A DNA stretch of 64,000 nucleotides from Blastocladiella emersonii ATCC 22665 (Eukaryota; Fungi; Blastocladiomycota): contig JANHCV010000003.1 in assembly GCA_025594325.1 (NCBI GenBank), positions 1,736,001 through 1,800,000 on the forward strand. The letters are read 5' to 3'. The notes below the pieces were generated by a model, which ran no database searches, was not told where the DNA came from, and worked only from the letters and a program-made list of their open reading frames with translations. The translations under genes and the position numbers were made by a program. Below, in pieces: positions 13,226 through 24,817 of this stretch; the first letter of the stretch is position 1; each line of letters opens with the position of its first letter.

Positions 13226-13597
13226 GGTTGCGTTGGTGCGTAGGGGTCAAGGAGGAGAGGAGCGGGAGCGCGACGAAGCGCGAAAGGGCGCACACGGCGA
13301 TCTGCGAGGTATTTCGCGGTCACCTGAGGCATCCGCGTAGCGCCGAGTCGTTTCCGGTGGCGAGAAATTGCTGCAAGGATCGCAAAATGATTCTCAAGGC
13401 CTCTGTTCAGCGCTACGGCATTATGGAGACCATTTGTCGCAACGGGGAAAGCAGGAGAGTTCGGCGCGAGACGCGGATATCAATCATGTGGCGTCACTTG
13501 AGGCAGTCGCACTTCGCGCGCGCCCGCGGTTCCCCCTTCGCGTCGGTCGCGTCGCCAATTTCGAATCCGTCACACCCTAAACCCACACGATTACACC

Positions 13598-14493
13598 ATG
13601 GTAACCACATGCAACACCTCCGCGACCCCCTCAGCCAGCAGTAACCCCTGACATTCTGGCGTTTAGGGCCGCCGCAACGAAGAGTGCCTGAACAGCGACA
13701 CTGGGCGGCGCCTGGACGGGCGGCGGGCGAACCAGCTGCGCAACGTGTCGGCCAAGACGGGGATCCTGAGCCAGGCCGACGGGTCTGCGTACATTGAGAT
13801 CGGCAACACCAAGGTGCTGGCCGCCGTGTACGGGCCGCGCGAGTGCCGGTTGCGGTCGCAGGCGGTGCACGACCGCGCCATCATCAACGTCGAGTTCACC
13901 CAGGCCACTTTTTCGCAGACGGTGCGCCGCCAGGCGCGCAAGTTTGACCGGTACGGTTGGTCTGCGGGCGGTGATGGGAGCGATGGGCTGACAATTCCCG
14001 CGAAACTAGGAAAAACATGGAGATTGCGCTGCAGATCCGCGACACGTTCGAGGCGGTGGTGCAGACGTCGACGTACGCGCGGTCGCAGATCGACATCTAC
14101 CTGACGATCATGCAGAGCGACGGCGGGCAGGTGCAGGCGTGCATCAACGCGGCGACGCTGGCGCTCATCAACGCGGGCGTGGCCATGCGCGACTACGTGG
14201 TGGCCACCACGGTCGGCGTGCTGCACGACACGCCGGTCCTCGACCTCAACTGGGAAGAGGAGTCGGCCCACAAGGCGTCGGCCATCACCCTCGCCACGCT
14301 CCCGCGGTCCGGCAACGTGGTGCTGATGCAGATGGAGCAGCGCCTGCACATGGACAAGCTCGAGGCCGCCATGCGCCTCGCCCAGGACGGGTGCGAGCAG
14401 ATGCACGCCCTCCTCGACGAGGTCGTCCGCAAGGAGTTGCGCTCGCTCGCGCACAAGGTCGGCGAGCGCGAGGCCATTGTCCGCGGCGCGTGA
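13598..14493 (+). CDS. RRP41: Exosome complex RNase PH-like subunit Rrp41
   Basis: ATG followed directly by an intron, then [54 protein letters not shown] and [14 protein letters not shown]. Confidence 0.92.
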
Positions 14494-14931
14494 GTGGTTT
14501 CCTGCTCTTCCCCGTAACTTTGATAAATAATGTGACTGATCTCCTTGCCATGATGTCGTGCGTGATGGGGGGATTCCCCGTGCTTTGCAACGTGACGGCC
14601 GATTTTGGGGATGAGGGAGCGGAGAGCAGAGCGAACAAGCAAGCGATCGGCGGCCGCGGCGCCGTCGCACGTCGCACACGCTGTGCGTCCCGCCGCCGCT
14701 CCGCCGCCGCCCCAGCCTGCGCTTCTCCTCCCGCAGCTCTCGCTCTCTCTCCCCCTCGCCCTCCACCTGCACCTTGCACGCTACGAAGCACACACCCATC
14801 ACCCATTGCACTTGCACACCCACGGCGCTCTAAGCACGAGCAGCCGTCGTCATCGTCACATCTGCACACTCCCACGGACAACCCACCGTGCCGCCGCCCC
14901 CGACTTCCCATCACCACCCTCATCATCAGCC

Positions 14932-16276
14932 ATGTCGAGCCCGCGCCAGCAGCAGCCCAACACCGAGAACGTGCCCTCGGCCGCCGCCTTTGCCGACACG
15001 TCGAGCTCCAAGGAGACGCTCCTGCGCCGCCAGCTCGACGTGACCGCGTCGCCGTCGTACAAGGCCATGTCGCAGGACAAGGTCGTTGCCAAGGTGCGTT
15101 GCCGTGCTGCCTCGCTGATGGGTGACCATAGCGCTGACCCGTCCGTCCGCCTCGCTGACAGGGCATCGCGCAGTGGGAGGACGCGGCGCCCGTCAAGTCG
15201 CCCAAGCAGCTCGCGTCGCCGTCGAGCGTCGTGTCGGCTGCCGTGCAGGCCGTCGCCAACGCGCTGTCGCCCGTCAAGGCCCCGGCTGCCGCTGTTGCTG
15301 ACGAGGTACGCTCTTCGGCTCGGCTCAGGGGTAGGTGCTGGCATTTATCCCGCTGAAACTCACCCCCTCTGCCCGCTCGTAGACCCGCGCGAGCAAGCGC
15401 AGTCAGCTGAGCAACGAGGTCGCCGCCTCTGAGGAGTCGGCCCTGGCGCCTGCCGCCGAGGGTGTCGTCCCCGCCGGCGACGTGACGCAGGAGCTCGCCA
15501 CCGCCAACCCGTCGTTCCTCGGCGCCGCGACCGAGACCCCGCGCCCGCCCGTCACTGCTACCACCACCACGACCAACTTCCGCACCAACCCGCCCCTGCG
15601 CACCGCGAGCCTGCTCAACGCCGAGTTCCCCGACGAGGACGCCGAGGACGTCGAGTTCACGCCCGCGTCCGACGACGAGGCCGACGCGGTCGAGGAGCTC
15701 GACATCGACGACAACGAGGTGGACGTGGCCGCGCTGCAGGCCGAGCTCGAGGAGCTCAAGGCGCAGCGCTCGCGCTGGTCGTCCACGGGCAACGCGCCTG
15801 CGGCGGCCTCGTCGCACAAGTCGGGCGGCCGCAAGACGGCCACCATCGCCGAGCAGTACGTCGCCGACACGGACGACGAGGACCTGATGAACCTGGTTGA
15901 CGACGGCGCCGCCGAGGAGGTGGTCGTGATCCGCCGCCGCGTGTCCAAGGCCAGCAAGGGCGCTGGCGCCTCCGCCGGCAGCCACCGGTCGGCGCCGCCG
16001 TCCATGTCGACGGCCGCGTGGGTCGAGTCGCACCTGCGCGCGGCCGATGCGCGCGCCGCCGAGTCCCGGTGGGCGTCGACCCGCGCCACGCTTGCCTCGT
16101 TCCTGTACTCGGTCATGCTCGCCGTCATCCTGTACTTTGTCATCTTCGCGCGCAACCCGCTCGACATCGACGCCGCCACGGTCCGCGGCGACCTCCGCAC
16201 CGCCCGCGCCACCGTCACCCAGATCGCCCTCGTCGCGCACGACCACTTTGGCAAGTGGCTCCGCCAGTTCATGTGA
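14932..16276 (+). CDS. Uncharacterised acidic low-complexity protein with a near-C-terminal transmembrane helix (3 exons)
   Basis: ATG 14932 (MSSPRQQQPN). Two GT-AG introns (about 15094-15160 and 15306-15381) join to ORF 15482..16276. Hydrophobic helix LASFLYSVMLAVILYFVIFA. Confidence 0.7.
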
Positions 16277-16557
16277 GTCGTATGGCCGTCGTTGTCGTCG
16301 CGGCGGGGCGCGTGCCTCGCTCGCGGTCGATGATGATGCATACATCAACCAACTGTAACTCGTTCTCGCCTCCTCTCCCCTCGCTGATTTCCACCCTTTG
16401 TCCTTTCCCTAAGCGCCGCCGTGCGTCCACTATTGTTGTTGTTGTTCCTTTCACGTAATTTATGGCGACGCGGCCGACTACGGCCTCGCTCCCACACTTT
16501 CTACTCTACCTTTGCTCAGATGTCCAAAGTCAACATCATCTGTGTTCCGAATCTTCG

Positions 16558-17539
16558 CTACAGTCGTCCCATCGACAACCCGCCGTCCTTCTTCCCGAAA
16601 AACGACGACAGCCCGATACCCGAGATCCCGCGACCAGGGCCCAGCGCGGCGCCCGCGTCGCCCATCGGCATCCCGCCGCCCATCCCCCCGCCGGCGCCGC
16701 GCGACATCATGCCAGGCACGCGCGGGACGCGCAGGTGCCGCACCACGTGGTGTTCGGACGAGTTGTTCTCGTCAAAGTAATTGAGGTTCAGGTTCGCTGC
16801 GATCAGCTGGCCGAGGCGGCGGATCTCCTATATTGGCGGGCTGTGAGCGGACGCGACGCGGCCATGGAGGTGGCGGAGCGTACGTTGACGTTGGTCGACG
16901 ACCCAGAGATCCGGCGCTGGTCGATCTGGTACCCGTTGAAGACGAGGTAGTAGTAGCGCTGCGAGCGGGCGCCGCCGGCGGCCCCGCCGCGCGCCTCGCG
17001 CTTGAGCCGGACGTACACGTTGTGGAAGTCGCCGCGCGTGTACAGGTTCGTGTCGTGTGAGAACGTGTACTCGAGCGTCTCGAGGTTCAGCGTGTAGATG
17101 CGCCGCGAACGGTAGTTGTAGATGGACGCGATCGAGATGACGGCGCCGAATAGCGGGAACAGGAACAGGTTCTACGAGGGGCCGACAAGATGTGAGCGGA
17201 TGGTGGAGGGTACCAGGCAGCGACGCCGTACATTGTCCGAAACGAGGTTGCTCGAGGACCAGATGATGATGAACAGGATCGAGATGACGAGCCCGAGGAC
17301 CGCGAGAACCAGCTTGCGGTATCGGACCGTCAGCTTGAACACTACCGTACCGTCGCGCGCGCCTTCAGTCAGCCCCACCGTCCCTATAGCGACGCTCGGC
17401 TCATGCACGGGCATGATACTAACCTACCTCCGGGTCCTATCCGCGTGAACGGGTAGTACGGGTTCTTCTCGAGCTTTTCCCGCAGCTTGGCCTCGGCCGG
17501 CCGCATGTAGCGCTCGATGCGCAAAAGAATCGACGCCAT
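16558..17539 (-). CDS. TMEM249: TMEM249-like protein (CatSper auxiliary subunit family), 4 exons
   Basis: Exons 17539-17428, 17341-17232, 17171-16884 and 16827-16558. Product: MASILLRIERYMRPAEAKLREKLEKNPYYPF...2 TM helices...HNVYVRL...YYYLVFNGYQID...LIAANLNLNYFDENNSSEHHVVRHL. This matches recalled TMEM249 motifs (FYPF, VYVRL, IARKLNINYFD...HVVRH). Confidence 0.75.
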
Positions 17540-17651
17540 GGCGGTGTTGGGTTCAGCGCTATGCAGGGAGTTTCATTCGTTGCAAAAAGTCGTTTGAAGG
17601 ATCGCCAACGAGGGACTCGCCCGAAAAGAATGTCTCGCGGCCCGCGATAAA

Positions 17652-17727
17652 ACGCGTCGCGAAACGCGTCGGGCAGCGATCATGTGAGCGTCACGCCGCT
17701 GATTTGGAGACGCGTCGAGAGACGCGT
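17652..17727. promoter_or_regulatory. Two pairs of ACGCGT (MCB-like) boxes in a bidirectional promoter
   Basis: ACGCGT at 17652/17664 and 17710/17722, each pair at a 12-bp period, between the divergent TMEM249-like and KATNAL2 starts. Confidence 0.55.
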
Positions 17728-17808
17728 TTTGCGGGCCGCTCGGTCGAGCGACCGTTTTTGCTGGCCTGAGTCTATGAATCACACTGAGAACTTTACGCAA
17801 CGGCCATC

Positions 17809-19864
<2,056 letters not shown>

Positions 19865-20047
19865 AAGCAATAGTATGATCTAGAACAGTTTATGAGCGTA
19901 TTCTTGAGGTACCGATGACCAGAAGTGAACCTCAACAGTCCGGTTGCAATCGTGGTCATCACGGCGTGACCGTGGCTGTGGACACACTACAGCTCATTGA
20001 ACTCTGAAAAAAAAGACTGGTGATAATCGATTATCGCTCCACAATAA

Positions 20048-21094
20048 TCACGGACGACGAATCTTGACAACGGTGGCGGGCTTTCCATAGCTGTTGTAAC
20101 GGCCAAACTCGAGTCCGTAACGACGCCAGCAATCCGTCACCTTCTTCAGATCAGTGCGGTAGTTACACTTGAAGGCCTCGTCCGTGCACACTAGCGGGTG
20201 GTCGGACTCAAACCAGAGCTCGAGAACCTCGATATGGCCGAGCCGCGTTGCACGGGTCAGTGCCTCGGCCGTGTACTGAAGCGGACAGCCCGACTCGAAC
20301 AAGAACCAGCGGACGACTTCAGCGTGTCCGTTAGAGCTGGCCATGTCAAGCGCTTGATGCGTGTAGCGAAGCTCGTCGGGAAAATAGCGGTCCCACCATC
20401 TGAGAATGTTGCAGTGTCCGTTCGAGCTGGGCAAGTCAACCCACGCGGCCGCCATCTCTATCCTGTCCCAGCGCTTACGTTTGGCAACCGTCGACATGAA
20501 TTGAGAGAAATCGATGGCGCCTTCAGCATCAAGGCAGTCCGGGTACCTTGAGCGTAGCCAGAGGTCGAGGACGCTGGTACGCCCGCAAATGCTGGCATTC
20601 TGCAGCGTTCTGACAACCGGGAGCCACTTCGGAGGATTCTGCAGGAAGCGCTCGAGGACGGCAAGTCGCTCATACTTGCAGAGCAGGCGGCCAAGTTCAA
20701 AGACATCGATAGCTGGGCCGATATCATCGAGTGACAAGCGGGTGATGCGTGTAAGAACGTCGAGCCGATCGACGTGATCTTCGAACAAGGCGTGGAAGAC
20801 CGACATCCCGGGAATGTACTTGGAGACGAAGCAGTGCAGCCGGCCAAGCCCGCGGGCAACTTTGAGTAGCTCACGAAGCTCTTGGGCCGCGGCTGCGGAC
20901 TATGGGGGCGGGAAAAGTCGGTGCTTGACGGTAAGCTCAACTTTTTCCTGAGGTATGTGGTAATACCCGTGTCGGGCGATCAAGAATAAGCAGCGGCAAC
21001 GCTCGTGGACCGGAGCGCCCCCGGCGCATACAGCAGAGGCTGCATGAAGTAGTACGTCTTCGATTGCATCGAGTGGTAGCGTCATTTGCTTCAT
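20048..21094 (-). CDS. Divergent ankyrin-like repeat protein (probably 2 exons)
   Basis: Repeats ASICGRTSVLDLW, SSNGHCNILRWW, ASSNGHAEVVRWF and ATRLGHIEVLELW. The frame is open upstream to an AG at about 20900, and a short upstream ORF begins MTLPLDAIEDVLL. Composition is lower-GC. Confidence 0.7.
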
Positions 21095-21396
21095 TTATGC
21101 ATGATTTGGAGAGAGGGAGTGCGGATCCTCTTCAACCGACTTGATGCGGAAGCTGATGCGCCACTGGGTTGTCCCGCACCGCACGTGATTTCTCGACGCG
21201 TCTCGCGTCTCGCACCTCGCCTCGCGATAAACGCATCCTCTCTTCGAGTCTCTGACAACGGCATGTTTCTAGGACGGTGCTGCAACCCGAGACGACCGGC
21301 GCCGACCGTTCATTCCCCGCCCTCGCCGTGGCGACAACTGTCTCGCGGCTTCGGCGCGTGTACGGTGCGAGCGTCGAGTACGTGACGTGACAAGGC

Positions 21397-22305
21397 GTGT
21401 CCGTCCTGCGGGCAGATCCTGCGTCCAGCGACGGTGCACGGGTGCAGTCGCTATACAGCGGCAAAGTAGCCGACGAGATCACGTCGACATGCGACGGTAT
21501 CAAGCGGTTCCTGATAGCAGAACTCTCGGTCGTGGGCGAGTGCCTGTGTGGCACACCCGAGGAGCTCGACCGCGTCATGGACGTGGCCGGCAAGCAGCTC
21601 GCGGCCTGTCGAATCGGCGAGCCCAACTCGGACATCCGTCACGTCGTGCTCAACTTCGCGATCACATTCAAGGGTCTCGCCCAGGTCCGCTATGTCCGGT
21701 TCGTCTTCATTCCGCAACAGTTCACGCACCCGAACAACAACCGCGCGCTCAAGACCCTCTTCCGCGAGCAACTCGGTGGCCTCAGCCAGGCCAACGCCCG
21801 CCTTCGGCCAGGTGTGACCCGCGCAAAAACCATCTTCTTCCACGTCGTCGAGCGCCGCGACGAGCACGCGCGCCGGTCCTTGCTCGCCTTCAACGACGCG
21901 CTGCGGGCCGCCCAGACCACGAACGAGGAGGCGGCCGATTTCAAGCGCCATCTGGTCCAGCACCCGACCGGTCACGGCATGTTCCAGACGCTCATCGGCA
22001 ACATGAACCGACACCTCGACGGCATCCTCGCGCAGATTCCTCCTCCTCCGCCGCCGCCGCCTCAGCAGCAGCAGCAGCAGCAGCGCTCGCCCCGGTTCCA
22101 TCCGTACCGCTCGCCGCCAAGTCACGGCGCCCATGGTCAAGTGCAGGCCGAGGAGGTATAGCGGAGCGTCACGCAGGCGCGCGCTGACCTGCAGGAGTTT
22201 GCGACTCGGTTTGACGGCCTGGCGTCCGGGTACAACACCATGTGCGACTTCCAGGAGACGTGTGCCATGTTCGAGAACATCAACGAGCCCGGTGGTTCGC
22301 AGTGA
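21397..22305 (+). CDS. Hypothetical protein (globular N-terminal region + polyP/polyQ tail), 2 exons
   Basis: 254-codon ORF with host codon usage. A 39-nt intron at 22156-22194 (GTATAG...CTGAC...GCAG) extends it to TGA at 22305. Confidence 0.6.
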
Positions 22306-23239
22306 TTGATGTCGGCGGGTAAGGAGGGAGGCGTTTGACGGAATACATGACTCTGACTTCTTCAAGGAGGGGGTTCCCGGCGAGCTTGAGCGAAGTGAAG
22401 GAGTCGTTGGTCCAACGATGACCGTCGCTGGCCTCCGCCGCGGAAGCCCCTGCCGTGCGGATGATGGACGAAAGCGAGTTGCCACGATGGAGACAATGTC
22501 AAGACCGAGAAGCGACGAGCAAGTTCCTCGCACGCGACGCGAGGTTGATGGTCGGGCGTGATCTGAAACGGGCGCGCGAGCCGGTGCCGAAGCCGCGACG
22601 GCCATCGTGACCAGCTGTAACGCGCGCTCCTTCCCGTGAGGCGTTCCTCATCATCAACGGGGCCACTCGCGCGCGTCAGCGTACAAGCAAACCCCCGCCG
22701 TGCACGCGCGAGACTCGCGACCCGCGCGACGATTGGTCGCCGAGGCGAAACAAGTCCTTCTCGCTCGCGTGCGCGCTCGGCAACGGGCTCCGAGCCTGAT
22801 GCCGACGATGGGAGCATCCCTGAGAAGATGCCCCATCGTGCATTGCAGCGCCTCCGAGCCGCCGCCCCCTACAAAAGCAGGCGCCGCCCCTCGTAGACGA
22901 GACGATACATCCATCTCGATCTCCTTGCTCGATTGGCGCGTAGTTCGCCAAGCTTCGAGCAGCAGCAACAGCCGGAACCCATTTGATTCGTGTACGTGGC
23001 GAGAGCGAGCGAAGCGTAGTGGCCCTGCCGCCGTCGTGATGCGACCATCGCCGCCGCGATGAACAACGCGTCGGCCTGCAGCGATGAGACCATCGTGGCG
23101 TCGCCGTCGGCAGTGACGCGGTGGTCGGCTGCGCACCACGACCCGCGGGCGTGTCTCATCGCGACGAAGGCGACGCGCAGAACGACGAAGCACCATGTAC
23201 TCACCGCCACTATACGCAACGTTGCAGAGACCCGCCAGT

Positions 23240-24739
23240 ATGGCGAACGCGACCCTGAAGACGCTGTCGGCGAAGCGCGTGCTCGTGTCGAGCATCACGC
23301 TGGTGCTGTGCTGCTGTGCGCTGCTCGCGGCCGCGCAGGGCGCCGGACCCGAGTTCGACGCGTGGGTGCAGCAGCAGCGCGGCGTGGCGCTGGCAAAGAC
23401 GCTCGCCAACATCTCGCCGGCGGGCACGGCGCGCGGGTGCGTCGTCGCCGCCACGTCCAAGGACACGTCCAAGGACGCGCCCAACTACTGGTACCACTGG
23501 GTCCGTGACAGCGGGCTCGTCATGGACGCGCTGCTCGGCGAGTACGAGACCACGGCCAACGCGACGCTCGCGGCGGCGCTCGAGCGCACCTTCCTCGAGT
23601 ACGCGACCTTCACGCTCAAGAACCAGAACACGCGGTCGAGGTCCGCGTCGCCGACGGATCCCATGGGCCTCGGCGAGCCCAAGTACGAGGTCGACGGGAC
23701 GCCGTTCCTCGGCGACTGGGGCCGCCCGCAGCTCGACGGGCCCGCGCTGCGCGCGTCGGCGCTGATGCGGTTCGCCCAGGAGTACCTGCGCCGCGGCGGC
23801 AGCCTCGCGACGGTGCGCGACCTGCTTTACGCGCCGGCGCTGCCCGCCAAGACCGCCGTCAAGGCCGACCTCGAGGTGGTCTCGCACAACCTCGGCGTGC
23901 CCAACTTTGACCTGTGGGAGGAGGTCCAGGGCCAGCACTTCTACACGACGCTGGTCCAGCGGCGGTCGCTGCTCACGGGCGCGGCCTTCGCGCGCTTCTT
24001 CAACGACACGGGCGCCGCCGACTGGTACCAGCAGCAGGCGACGCCGCTGGCGCCGGTCCTCGCCGGGTTCTGGGACGGCGCGCGCAAGTACATTGGCGCG
24101 ACGCGCGACCGCACGGGCGGGCTCGACTACAAGGCGTCGAACCTCGACATTGCCGTGGTGCTGGGCGCGCTGCACGCGCACGGCGACGCGACCGACGGGT
24201 TCTACGCGCCCGACGCCGACCAGGTGCTCGCCACGCTGCTCGCGCTCAAGGACGCGCACCGCGCCGCGTTCCCGATCAACACGCGGTACCGCGCCGACCT
24301 GCCGCCCGCGCTCGGCCGCTACACCGAGGACCGGTACTACGCGGGCAACCCGTGGTTCCTGACGACGCTGGCCGCCGCTGAGACCCAGTACCGCGTCGTG
24401 GCCCGCGCCAGCGCGCAGAACTCGCTCACCGTGACCCCGGTCAGCCTGCCCTTCTTCCAGGACCTCGTCGCCGGCACGGGCGTCACCGTGGCCGTCGGTC
24501 CCGTCGCCAAGGGCACCCCGCAGTTCACGGCGCTCACCCAGGCGCTCGTCCGCGCCGCCGACGGGTTCATGCAGCGCGTCCGCGTCCACTCGGGCGCCGG
24601 CGGCCGCATGGACGAGCAGATCGACCGCTACACGGGGTTCATGCTCAGCGCCACCGACCTGACGTGGAACTACGCCGCGTTCCTCACGGCGGCCGCGGCC
24701 CGCGAGCGCGCCCGCGCGGCGTACCCGCCGGCCTTCTGA
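23240..24739 (+). CDS. Secreted glucoamylase, glycoside hydrolase family 15
   Basis: Signal peptide. Motifs WVRDSGLV, LGEPKYEVDG, WGRPQLDGPALRA, FDLWEE, GRYTEDRY, GNPWFLTT and EQIDRYTG...LTWNYAAF. Confidence 0.95.
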   Translation: MANATLKTLSAKRVLVSSITLVLCCCALLAAAQGAGPEFDAWVQQQRGVALAKTLANISPAGTARGCVVAATSKDTSKDAPNYWYHWVRDSGLVMDALLGEYETTANATLAAALERTFLEYATFTLKNQNTRSRSASPTDPMGLGEPKYEVDGTPFLGDWGRPQLDGPALRASALMRFAQEYLRRGGSLATVRDLLYAPALPAKTAVKADLEVVSHNLGVPNFDLWEEVQGQHFYTTLVQRRSLLTGAAFARFFNDTGAADWYQQQATPLAPVLAGFWDGARKYIGATRDRTGGLDYKASNLDIAVVLGALHAHGDATDGFYAPDADQVLATLLALKDAHRAAFPINTRYRADLPPALGRYTEDRYYAGNPWFLTTLAAAETQYRVVARASAQNSLTVTPVSLPFFQDLVAGTGVTVAVGPVAKGTPQFTALTQALVRAADGFMQRVRVHSGAGGRMDEQIDRYTGFMLSATDLTWNYAAFLTAAAARERARAAYPPAF

Positions 24740-24817
24740 TCCCCTTTTGTCGCACGCACACATCACATCGCATGTTGTAATCACACACACACATCCATTT
24801 TGTTTACATCTATTGGT

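Noticed and set aside
22306-23239. Short ORFs between the orphan gene and glucoamylase
   Set aside because: They show no motifs, inconsistent codon bias and no coherent splice model, so the stretch was treated as intergenic.
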